A stretch of 35,440 nt of DNA, from contig JBEBGD010000056.1 of NCBI GenBank assembly GCA_040081625.1, positions 1 through 35,440 on the forward strand, given 5' to 3'. Origin of the DNA: Chthoniobacteraceae bacterium. Lineage in GTDB: Bacteria; Verrucomicrobiota; Verrucomicrobiia; Chthoniobacterales; Chthoniobacteraceae. Within the stretch, counting starts at the first letter, position 1. Every line of letters starts with the position of its first letter. Of this stretch, positions 1 to 9,848 are shown piece by piece. The translations under genes and the position numbers were made by a program. The notes under the pieces are model-generated. The model was given only the letters and a program-made list of their open reading frames with translations, was not told the origin of the DNA and made no database searches.

Positions 1-1353
1 CGCTTCGGGGAGCTGGGCGGGGATGAGATGCAGCGGCGGGCGGCGATGGCGTCGGAGACGTTTCTGAACCAGGGGGTGACGTTCACGGTGTATTCGGACA
101 ATGAGGGGACGGAGCGGATTTTTCCGTTTGATCCGATCCCGAGGATCATCCCGGCGCAGGAATGGGCGCATCTGGAGCGTGGGCTCACGCAGCGGCTCAA
201 GGCGCTGAATGCTTTCCTCACGGACATTTACCACGAGCAGCGGATCGTGAAGGAGGGGGTGGTGCCGGCGGAGGTGGTGACGAGTGCGAAGTATTTCCGC
301 CCGGAGATGGTCGGCTTCGATGTGCCGCATGATATATATATACATGTGTGCGGGACGGACCTCATCCGGGACCGGCACGGGGAGTATCTCGTGCTCGAGG
401 ATAATGGGCGGTGTCCGAGCGGGGTGAGTTACGTGCTGGAGAACCGGGAGGTGATGAAGCGGGTGTTCCCGCGGCTTTTTGCGCAGCAGAAGGTGAGGCC
501 GGTGGGGCATTACGGGCAGGAGCTGCTCAATGCGCTGCGGTTTGTGGCGCCGCGCAATTGTCCCGATCCCTCGGAGCCGACGGTGGTGCTGCTGACGCCG
601 GGGATTTTCAATTCGGCGTATTTCGAGCACTCGTATCTGGCGCGGTCGATGGGGATAGAGATCGTGGTCGGGGGCGATCTGGTGGTGAAGGACGACATCG
701 TCTTCATGAAGACGACCAAGGGGCTCAAGCGGGTGGATGTGATCTACCGGCGGATCGACGACGACTTCCTCGATCCCGAGGTCTTCCGGCCGGACTCGAT
801 GCTCGGGGTGCCGGGGATCATGCGCGCGTATGGCAAGGGCAACGTGAACCTCGCGAATGCGATCGGCACGGGCGTGGCGGACGACAAGGTGATGTATTAT
901 TTCGTGCCGAAGATGGTGGAGTTTTATCTCGGGGAGAAGCCGGTGCTGGCGAATGTGCCGACGTATCTGTCGATGTTCGAGAGCGACCGCGAATACATCC
1001 TCGAGCACATCGCGGAGCTGGTGGTGAAGAGCGCGAATGAGTCGGGCGGCTACGGGATGCTGATCGGGCCGCACGCGACGGCGGCGGAGCACGAGAAGTT
1101 TCGCAAGGCGATCCTCGCCGAGCCGCGCAACTACGTGGCGCAGCCGACGATCAGTCTCTCGCGCAGCCCGAGCGTGTGCGACGGCGCGATCGAGGGCCGG
1201 CACATCGACTTGCGACCTTACATTTTGTCGGGAGAGAAGACGACGATCATCCCCGGCGGGCTGACGCGCGTGGCGCTGCGCAAGGGCTCGCTGGTGGTGA
1301 ATTCGTCGCAGGGTGGCGGGAGCAAGGATACGTGGGTGCTCGATGAGGATTAA
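1..1353 (+). CDS. Circularly permuted type 2 ATP-grasp protein (5'-truncated by window)
   Basis: Motifs [50 protein letters not shown] and [15 protein letters not shown]. The frame is open from base 1, so the true start lies upstream. Followed by an alpha-E gene, as is typical. Confidence 0.92.
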   Translation, partial: RFGELGGDEMQRRAAMASETFLNQGVTFTVYSDNEGTERIFPFDPIPRIIPAQEWAHLERGLTQRLKALNAFLTDIYHEQRIVKEGVVPAEVVTSAKYFRPEMVGFDVPHDIYIHVCGTDLIRDRHGEYLVLEDNGRCPSGVSYVLENREVMKRVFPRLFAQQKVRPVGHYGQELLNALRFVAPRNCPDPSEPTVVLLTPGIFNSAYFEHSYLARSMGIEIVVGGDLVVKDDIVFMKTTKGLKRVDVIYRRIDDDFLDPEVFRPDSMLGVPGIMRAYGKGNVNLANAIGTGVADDKVMYYFVPKMVEFYLGEKPVLANVPTYLSMFESDREYILEHIAELVVKSANESGGYGMLIGPHATAAEHEKFRKAILAEPRNYVAQPTISLSRSPSVCDGAIEGRHIDLRPYILSGEKTTIIPGGLTRVALRKGSLVVNSSQGGGSKDTWVLDED

Positions 1354-1358
1354 TCGTC

Positions 1359-2330
1359 ATGCTTTCGCGCGTCGCTGACACTCTCTACTGGCTGGCGCGC
1401 TACATGGAGCGCGTGGAAAACACGGCGCGCATCCTGGATGTGAACTTGCAGCTCACGCTCGATTCGGATGAGGGCGGCGCCGATGCGGAGCGCCGGGCGT
1501 GGCTGCCGATCCTCGCGACGCTCGAGGATCAGACGCTTTTTAATACCGTCCACGCGGCGGTCGATACGGAGAGCGTGTGTTCGTTCGTGACGTTCGCGAA
1601 GGAGAACCCGGCATCGATCTGGTCGTGCGTGTCGGCGGCGCGTGAGAACGCGCGGACGGTGCGCGAGTATATCTCGAGCGAGATGTGGGAGCGCATCAAC
1701 GCGCTTTACCTCTGGCTCAAGGGCGAGAAGGCGCGCGATCTCGCGGGCGGGAGCGGGATCGACTTCTACCGGCAGGTCGTGGACATGTGCCATCAGTTCC
1801 ACGGCACGACCGACCAGACGCTCACGCACGGCGAAGGCTGGGATTTTCTCCAGGTCGGGAAGTTCATCGAGCGCGCGGACAACGCGTCGCGGCTGCTGGA
1901 CTTGAAATACCACGTGCTGCTGCCGCACGGGGAGAAGGTCGGCGGAAATGTGGACACGGTGCAGTGGCAGGCGGTGTTGCGCTCGTGCAGCGCGTTCGAG
2001 GCGTTTCGGAAAATCTATCGCGGCCAGGTCACGCCGTGGAGCGTGGCGGAGTTCATCGTGCTGCACGACGAGTTCCCGCGCTCGATCCGTTTCTGCGTGG
2101 ACGCGCTCGATGAAGCGCTGCACCGCATCAGCGGCTGCGACCGCACGCATTTCGCGAACAACGCGGAGCGGCTCTCGGGGCGGCTGTGCTCGGACTTGAA
2201 TTACACGACCATGGACGAGGTGTTCCGGGCGGGCTTGCACGAGTATCTCGACGCGATCCAGCGGCGCTTGATCGAGATCGGCGAAGCGATGCACGAGCAA
2301 TACTGCGAGTGGCTCGAGGGCGAGGCGTAA
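1359..2330 (+). CDS. Alpha-E domain protein (DUF403 family)
   Basis: N-terminus MLSRVADTLYWLARYMERVEN, plus ARENARTVRE, IERAD and FPRSI. Starts 5 bp after the ATP-grasp stop. Confidence 0.92.
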   Translation: MLSRVADTLYWLARYMERVENTARILDVNLQLTLDSDEGGADAERRAWLPILATLEDQTLFNTVHAAVDTESVCSFVTFAKENPASIWSCVSAARENARTVREYISSEMWERINALYLWLKGEKARDLAGGSGIDFYRQVVDMCHQFHGTTDQTLTHGEGWDFLQVGKFIERADNASRLLDLKYHVLLPHGEKVGGNVDTVQWQAVLRSCSAFEAFRKIYRGQVTPWSVAEFIVLHDEFPRSIRFCVDALDEALHRISGCDRTHFANNAERLSGRLCSDLNYTTMDEVFRAGLHEYLDAIQRRLIEIGEAMHEQYCEWLEGEA

Positions 2331-2459
2331 GGGACGCGTTCGGACGACGTCGGGTTCGGTAAGGATTAGGGAACTCGCGGGAGGAGGCGCCTCTGAGGAG
2401 ATTATGATTTTTATAGAAAACGCGCCGCGCAAGCACGACGGCTGCTAATTCACCACGGC

Positions 2460-2873
2460 ATGATCTCGCTCACCAGCCTGCCTTCCGAACTGGAGGCCGA
2501 TCTCGAACACACGACCACAAACCACCCGGTGGCTGGACGCTCCAACTGCTATTCGCTCACGATTTTCACCCAGCGCTGGCGGGACGTGCGGAGCTTCTAC
2601 GTCGATCTGCTCGGAGCCGAGGTGCTCAGCGAACGCACCGATCGCTACTGCGAGCTCGACCTCGGCGGCATCCCGCTGACCCTGCGCATGGCCGAACACG
2701 GCGAAGTCGTAAGCTACTTCCACGTCTATATGGCGATGCCGAACCGCGACGCGGTGCTCGGCGAATTGCGCCGCCGCGGGATCATCGTCACCGCGGTCGG
2801 ACCCTACACAAATTTCCGCGACCCCGAGGGCCGCGTCATCAAGCTCTCCGAACAGAAGACCATCGTCTCCTGA
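2460..2873 (+). CDS. VOC/glyoxalase-fold protein
   Basis: SFYVDLLG and C-terminal FRDPEGRVIKL match the VOC pattern (FY..LG ... F.DP.G..IEL). Confidence 0.75.
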   Translation: MISLTSLPSELEADLEHTTTNHPVAGRSNCYSLTIFTQRWRDVRSFYVDLLGAEVLSERTDRYCELDLGGIPLTLRMAEHGEVVSYFHVYMAMPNRDAVLGELRRRGIIVTAVGPYTNFRDPEGRVIKLSEQKTIVS

Positions 2874-2886
2874 TCCCGGCTCTACC

Positions 2887-3030
2887 CGCGGGGTGGGTGG
2901 ACCAGCGCTTCGATTTTCGAACTCGCGCCAAGGCCGCCCACCTCGCGAAGGATGCCGTCCACATTTCTCGATCGCCCCAAATGAGCAGAGCCGCTTCTTG
3001 GGGTGGAAAACGGCTCAGTTCATTTTGGGG
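2887..3030 (+). other. Two long imperfect stem-loops (2887-2947 and 2975-3030) between convergent genes; terminator, REP-like element or sRNA
   Basis: CGCGGGGTGGGTGGACC pairs with GGCCGCCCACCTCGCG around an inner TTCGA-TTT-TCGAA hairpin. CCCCAAATGAGCAGAGCCG pairs with CGGCTCAGTTCATTTTGGGG. Most non-Watson-Crick positions are G-U on the + strand. Confidence 0.5.
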
Positions 3031-3108
3031 AATATCTCGCGCCGCCAACCATCAATCCGCTACGCAATGCCACCGCGAGACGCTGCCGGAGTCTTTGGGG
3101 CGCCCGTT

Positions 3109-3342
3109 TTAGAGCTTACCTTCAAACTCCACCAACCGCTGAAGCGCTTCGAGAAACTCCTTAAACGCGCCGGCGGGAAGCATGATCGTGTCACGCCGCC
3201 CTCCTACGTCTTCGGTAATTTTCATGAAACGCCCACGCTGGTTTTCCTTCAGATCCAGAAAGAAGATTTTCCGTTCGAACGCAATCTTTTCAGACGCGAT
3301 CGGATCGGAGGGCATCCTCTCCCCAAGGCTCGAGTTCATCAT
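3109..3342 (-). CDS. Single PUR-repeat ssDNA/RNA-binding protein (PurA/DUF3276, BpuR-like)
   Basis: SEKIAFERKIFFLDLKENQRGRFMKITE...RDTIMLP..FKEF matches the Pur-alpha repeat pattern (K.FY.D.K.N.RG.FLKI.E). The start could be a slightly downstream ATG. Confidence 0.85.
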   Translation of the reverse strand: MMNSSLGERMPSDPIASEKIAFERKIFFLDLKENQRGRFMKITEDVGGRRDTIMLPAGAFKEFLEALQRLVEFEGKL

Positions 3343-3353
3343 ATGTGTGGCTT

Positions 3354-3394
3354 CTGACTTTGTTTAATACCAGTCCACCGTGGACCGGCGTCAG
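3354..3394 (-). promoter_or_regulatory. Stem-loop in the 5' leader of the PUR gene
   Basis: Minus strand reads CUGAC-G-CCGGUCCA-CGG-UGGACUGG-UAUUAAACAAA-GUCAG: an 8-bp inner stem with one G-U and a 5-bp outer stem, ending 11 nt before the ATG. Confidence 0.55.
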
Positions 3395-3399
3395 CGCAA

Positions 3400-3428
3400 A
3401 AACTAGGGACCGCGCTTCTGCGATGCAA
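3400..3428 (-). promoter_or_regulatory. Putative sigma70-type promoter of the PUR gene
   Basis: Minus strand TTGCAT-17 bp-TAGTTT. The predicted start site falls at the base of the leader hairpin. Confidence 0.5.
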
Positions 3429-3652
3429 CCCGGAAGTTCCCGTATTTTTCGGCCAGTAATTTCCCTGCCTCGCGCGCGCACTGCCCTCGCGATTCGGCGC
3501 ATTTCCATCTTGCCCCCGACGCGGCTCCCTCGCAGCGTGCGCGCCCGTCTCCGCCGCGCGCAAAAACCATCGCACGCAGCGCGCGCCGGAACTTTGATTT
3601 GCGCAAAACCACGCTGCGCTGCTAACCAACTCCCCCACCCTTTCACACTGCA

Positions 3653-5599
<1,947 letters not shown>

Positions 5600-5627
5600 T
5601 CAGCAGCCACGGCCCGGCGCCGAATCG

Positions 5628-6602
5628 ATGAATTACTTCTCACCCGGCTTCGGCGAAATCATCCGCTGGATACAGCGCGCGCGCCATCGAGTGCGACGCC
5701 TGCTGGCGCGGAGGTCGCTCGCGAAAGCCGAGGCGCTCCTCGGGTTGCTCGGCTGGCAGCAGGCGGACTTCGATCCGGAGACGCAGCGGGAAGTCGATGC
5801 GATCCAGAACGTCGAGCGCGAGCAGGCCGCGCTGAACAATCGCGCCGCCGAAGTCGCAGCCGACATCCATACGCTCGGCGAGGAGCGGGCGAAGGTGCGC
5901 GCGGAGTTCGATCGGCAACGCGCAACGCTTGAGGCAGAGCGCAACCGGGTCCGCGAACCGCTCATCGAGATCGAGCGGATTCTCAGCGAACGCGGCGCAG
6001 AGGTTGAGCGCCTGCTCGCCGCTCTCGATCGCGAGGAACACGAGCGCGATGCCGTTTACCGCAAGCTGCTCGGCGTCAATCCACAGACGCCGCAGGTGCG
6101 CGACGAAATCCTCCACGTTCGCGAGCGCCTGACCTCGATTCCCATCGAGAAAACCGACCTCAAGGCGCAGCAACTCCACGCGACGACCGGGGCGCAGGAG
6201 CGCACTGCAATCGAACAGCGCACCGCGGAGCTCGACCGCCAACTTCGCGATCTCGCCGCCGTGGCCGGAGAGCAGGACGCGAGCTTCGCGACGCGGATCA
6301 AGGCGCTGGAAAAGGAGCACTCACTCGCCGATTCGCAGAGCACGCGCCTCGAACGCGCGAAGCTCGATCCGTATCGCGAGATCGGCCGCGTGCTGGCGGC
6401 GAGCGGGGTCGCGCCGCTCAATCAACCGCAGGCGCTCACGCGGGTGCATAACTTGCAGTGCGCGATCAGGGACAGCGACGACGCGATCGCGGCATCGCTC
6501 GCGGACACCGCCGCGGAAGATCCTTCCTCACTCCGACTCTCGCTCGGGCTGTGGACGGTGATCGCGATCGCGGTCGCGCTGATCGTCGGCGCATTGTTGT
6601 AG
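5628..6602 (+). CDS. Hypothetical coiled-coil protein with a C-terminal transmembrane anchor
   Basis: E/R/A/L-rich helical heptad-like sequence with hydrophobic C-terminus LSLGLWTVIAIAVALIVGALL; starts 28 bp after acs. Confidence 0.7.
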   Translation: MNYFSPGFGEIIRWIQRARHRVRRLLARRSLAKAEALLGLLGWQQADFDPETQREVDAIQNVEREQAALNNRAAEVAADIHTLGEERAKVRAEFDRQRATLEAERNRVREPLIEIERILSERGAEVERLLAALDREEHERDAVYRKLLGVNPQTPQVRDEILHVRERLTSIPIEKTDLKAQQLHATTGAQERTAIEQRTAELDRQLRDLAAVAGEQDASFATRIKALEKEHSLADSQSTRLERAKLDPYREIGRVLAASGVAPLNQPQALTRVHNLQCAIRDSDDAIAASLADTAAEDPSSLRLSLGLWTVIAIAVALIVGALL

Positions 6603-7571
6603 CACAGCGTTCCCCCCGACGATTTTTCCGGCGTCGAGCTGCCATCGGAACAGCGGCCACTCGATCCGCTTCGTGAGCGTCTTGAAGAGCTCCGGCCCGT
6701 CCCGCTTTTGCAGCATCAGCTCGCGCACGCCATCCGCCGCGCAGCTCTGCAGACGGCAGTAGCCTTTGCTTTCGCGAAGACCGCCGAGCACGCGGCTCGC
6801 CCCATCGAGCGCGGGGGCGACGTGGCGCGTCAGGACGAGGTAGCTGTAGGGCAGCGCGCGCAGGTCGATGCCGAGTTCACGACTCAGCTCGTGCCAGCGC
6901 GCGTCTTGAAAAACCGCCGCGGGCGGCTGCGCGAAGTGATGACACCAGTGCCGCTCATTCTCTTCCGCGAGCAGCCCGCAGCGCGTCTGATGCGTGCATG
7001 GCGCGACCACGGACGGCGGTTCCGCCTCCGCAAGCAGTCGCTCGCGGATGGAGATCAGGCGCCGGCTGTCGGCGTGCGTGCCGGCTTCGATCCAGATGAC
7101 TTCTCCGGCGGCACGCACTTGCGTGAGCAACCCATCAAGTGCGGGCTCGGGAAGTTCGTTGAGCACATGGCTGACGAGCAACAGCGTGTCGCGATCGGCG
7201 CGCGGCTCGGCGGTCCCGACGCGCGGATGGCTCTCGTGCAAACGCGCGCTGGCATACGCGACCGCGCGCGCCGAGCGGTCGTGGAAGGCCGCGGTGGTAA
7301 AGGCCGGCCACGCATCGAGCACGCGCCGCGTGGCAATACCGGTGCCGCAACCCCAATCGAGCACGCGTCGTGATTGCGGACGCCAGCCGACGGCACCAAG
7401 CGCGCGAATTGCCGCGTCGATCTTCCAGCCGATGCGCGCGGCGAAGGTGGCGTCGTAGAGCGCGAGTTCCTCGTCCGAGAGCCAGTAGTCGGCGTCGCCC
7501 GCGCTGCCCGCTAGAAAGCGCGCGCGCATCGCGGCGAGGAGCGTGAGTTCGCGCGACTGCCAGTGCTTCAC
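6528..7571 (-). CDS. Rsm22/METTL17-family SAM-dependent methyltransferase-like protein
   Basis: VLDWGCGTG, SHVLNEL, IEAGT, VVAPCTHQTRCGL, HWCHHF and YSYLVL. A GTG start at 7571 overlaps the upstream TGA (GTGA). The ORF-track start at 8003 is an over-extension. Confidence 0.82.
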   Translation of the reverse strand: MKHWQSRELTLLAAMRARFLAGSAGDADYWLSDEELALYDATFAARIGWKIDAAIRALGAVGWRPQSRRVLDWGCGTGIATRRVLDAWPAFTTAAFHDRSARAVAYASARLHESHPRVGTAEPRADRDTLLLVSHVLNELPEPALDGLLTQVRAAGEVIWIEAGTHADSRRLISIRERLLAEAEPPSVVAPCTHQTRCGLLAEENERHWCHHFAQPPAAVFQDARWHELSRELGIDLRALPYSYLVLTRHVAPALDGASRVLGGLRESKGYCRLQSCAADGVRELMLQKRDGPELFKTLTKRIEWPLFRWQLDAGKIVGGNAVLQQCADDQRDRDRDHRPQPERESE

Positions 7572-7954
7572 TCCGGTTCGTCGTGCTGGCGCATCACGCG
7601 CTCGATGAACGGCTGGAGCCGCTCGAGCGCGATCTTGAACAGAAGCGGGCGCGCGACATCGAAGGCGATCTTCGCGGTCGCGAGCAGCAGGCCGGTCTTC
7701 GCCACGCTGGACTTCACCCGCCTGCCGTCCCCGTCCACATAGACCTTGCGCGTGCGGCCCGGCATCTTCGCGAGCACTACGCCGAGCAGCGCAGCGCCGC
7801 CGATCCAGACGAATAGATTGCCCGACACCGCGCGACGCACGCGCGCGGGCACGTCGAGCGATTCGCGCACCGCTGCGCCGGAGCGCTCCGCGCGACGGCG
7901 GGCCGCGGCAAGTTCGTCGATCAGTTCGGCTTTGCGGTCTTCGCGTCGAGCCAT
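7568..7954 (-). CDS. YqjK-like small membrane protein
   Basis: N-terminal RKAELIDELAAARRR helix, one TM segment (FVWIGGAALLGVVLA) and position downstream of YqjD- and YqjE-like genes. Confidence 0.6.
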   Translation of the reverse strand: MARREDRKAELIDELAAARRRAERSGAAVRESLDVPARVRRAVSGNLFVWIGGAALLGVVLAKMPGRTRKVYVDGDGRRVKSSVAKTGLLLATAKIAFDVARPLLFKIALERLQPFIERVMRQHDEPE

Positions 7955-8334
7955 GCCTGGTCCTTTTTGAACTCCTCGAGTGTCGTGGGAAAGAGCGGCT
8001 CACGGGCGAGCGAGCGCACTTTCAGCAGGAGCAGCACCCCGGCGGCGAAGTGCAGCAACGCGGCGCCGAGCGTGACCCAGATCCAAGCCACACCGCCGCC
8101 ACAGGCCGTGGCGATGGCGAAGACGAGCGCGAGCCAGAGGAAGACGTAGCCGAACACGAGCACGACCAGGCCGCCGAGCAAAAGACCCAGCGCCTTGAGC
8201 CAGTGCATACCCGCCTCCCGGCCCTCGATGCCGGCGAGTTCGAAGCGCGCGCGCAGGTAGAGCCAGCCGGCCGCCAGCATCTCGAGTGCGTGCGCGAAGA
8301 ACCCTGCGTTGCGTGAGGGCTCAGCGTCGGGCAC
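7921..8334 (-). CDS. YqjE / phage holin family (superfamily III) membrane protein
   Basis: RARFELAGIEGRE, two TM helices and a C-terminal FPTTLEEFKKDQAWL typical of YqjE. Confidence 0.8.
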   Translation of the reverse strand: MPDAEPSRNAGFFAHALEMLAAGWLYLRARFELAGIEGREAGMHWLKALGLLLGGLVVLVFGYVFLWLALVFAIATACGGGVAWIWVTLGAALLHFAAGVLLLLKVRSLAREPLFPTTLEEFKKDQAWLDAKTAKPN

Positions 8335-8337
8335 GCG

Positions 8338-8682
8338 TCAGTTCTTCCGGACCAGCAACCCGATGATGAATCCGGCGAAGAGCGCGGTGCAGACCGCCTT
8401 GAGCGGGTTCTGGCGCACGTAGGTTTCGCCTTCCTCCTGCCAGTCTTTCGCGCGGGTGCGCGCTTCGCCGTAGTATTCCTCGGCGCGTTCGCGGAATTCG
8501 CCCGCGGTGGCCGTGGCCTTCTCGCGCAGTTCGCGCGCCTTGGCTTCGGCAGCGTGCTTGAGTTCGCGGGCCTTGGCTTCCGCTGCGGCGCGGAGTTCCT
8601 CGGCGGCCTGGCGGGCGTGGCCCTTCGCGTCTTCGACTTTGCTCTTGGCTGTGCCCGGTTCGCTGTTGGTTTCGTCGCTCAT
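8338..8682 (-). CDS. DUF883 family (YqjD/ElaB-like) tail-anchored protein
   Basis: Charged helical body with C-terminal YVRQNPLKAVCTALFAGFIIGLLVRK (DUF883 signature). ATG at 8682 follows a C/A-rich leader. Confidence 0.87.
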   Translation of the reverse strand: MSDETNSEPGTAKSKVEDAKGHARQAAEELRAAAEAKARELKHAAEAKARELREKATATAGEFRERAEEYYGEARTRAKDWQEEGETYVRQNPLKAVCTALFAGFIIGLLVRKN

Positions 8683-8757
8683 GGATTTGGATTCGGTTGT
8701 GGTTTGTGATTCGGATGAAGTGAACACGCCCACCTTAGCCCCGCCGTGCGCCGTCGG

Positions 8758-8976
8758 CTACTGCTCTCGGAAGACGATGCGCGCCTTGCTCAGGTCGTAA
8801 GCCGACAGCTCCAGTTCGACTTTGTCGCCCGGCACGATGCGGATGAAGTTCTTGCGCATCTTGCCGGAGATGTGGGCGAGCACGAGCGCGCCATTCGGCA
8901 GCGCGACGCGGAACAGCGTGCCGGGGAGCACATCTTTGACGATGCCTTCTGTGGTAATGGTGTCTTCCTTGGCCAT
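8758..8976 (-). CDS. infA: Translation initiation factor IF-1
   Basis: [13 protein letters not shown]...[39 protein letters not shown]; 72 aa, hidden at the end of the 452-aa track ORF. Confidence 0.97.
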   Translation of the reverse strand: MAKEDTITTEGIVKDVLPGTLFRVALPNGALVLAHISGKMRKNFIRIVPGDKVELELSAYDLSKARIVFREQ

Positions 8977-9078
8977 GCGAAGAGTGCGAAATGTGCGCGG
9001 CTCACGCGGGGAAGGCAATGCCGGAGTGCGTGATGCATTGCGGATTGCCGATTCCCGTTTGCCGGTTACGAACGCGGC

Positions 9079-9789
9079 ATGACGACCGACTTCGCCGCCG
9101 AACGCGCCGACTTTGCCCGCGTGCTCGCCGCGATGCGCGCCATCCAGGCCGCGCCGCTCGACGCGCTGCGCTCTCCCGACTGGCTCGCCGATCGCATCCG
9201 CGAAGCCGGCCTCGTGCCGATCCCGGAGGCGGCGACGACTTACGCGGGCGAGGAGGATTTCATCAACGGCACGCAACAGGGCCTCATCCAGCTCCCGCGC
9301 GAATTCGCGCGCTGGCTGCTGCTGCTCGGCGAGCAAAAGCCCGCGAGCTATCTGGAGATCGGCTGCTTCAACGGCGCGACCATCTCGCTCGCCGCCGCGG
9401 TCCTGCGCCGCTTCGTGCCCGACGCGCGAGTCGCGACGTGCGATGTCTTTCCCGCATTCATCTTCCACGAGGAAGCGAACGCGCTCACGCCGATCGAGTA
9501 TCGCGTCGGACGCACGAGCTACGACTTCCGCGGCGAGAAGTTCGAGGCGGTCTTCATCGATGGCGATCACAGCTTCGAATGGGCGTGGGCGGACTACGTG
9601 AATGTCGGCCGCGCCGCGCGCCTCTGCGCGCTGCACGATGTGCATAACGCACCGTATCGCGAGTTGCATCTCGGCGGCGTCTGCGGCGCGTGGGAGCGGA
9701 TGAAGGCGGAGGAAGGCGGCGAGCTGATCGAGATTTTCGAGCACCCGACCGCGGAGATCATGGGCATCGGGGTGCGCGTTCGTCGCTGA
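9079..9789 (+). CDS. Class I SAM-dependent methyltransferase (Methyltransf_24-like)
   Basis: [21 protein letters not shown] and LHDV motifs. Confidence 0.85.
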   Translation: MTTDFAAERADFARVLAAMRAIQAAPLDALRSPDWLADRIREAGLVPIPEAATTYAGEEDFINGTQQGLIQLPREFARWLLLLGEQKPASYLEIGCFNGATISLAAAVLRRFVPDARVATCDVFPAFIFHEEANALTPIEYRVGRTSYDFRGEKFEAVFIDGDHSFEWAWADYVNVGRAARLCALHDVHNAPYRELHLGGVCGAWERMKAEEGGELIEIFEHPTAEIMGIGVRVRR

Positions 9790-9848
9790 CGCGCGGGCTA
9801 CGCTTACCGGCAGTTCATCGCGCGCCCGGTCGCGAGTGAAGTGCGCGG

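Noticed and set aside
2887..3030. tRNA or classical intrinsic terminator
   Set aside because: No cloverleaf or CCA end, and no poly-U tract after either hairpin.
3598..3628. TTTGCGCAAA palindrome and possible promoter upstream of acs
   Set aside because: The -10 match is weak and one 10-bp palindrome is not enough to name a regulator or call a site.
7572..8003. N-terminal extension of the Rsm22-like ORF
   Set aside because: It overlaps the YqjK- and YqjE-like genes in another frame; the GTG at 7571 with GTGA coupling is more plausible.
7921..8334. 'Phage holin' as evidence of a prophage
   Set aside because: A YqjE-type gene in a yqjDEK-like context; no phage structural, integrase or lysin genes are nearby.
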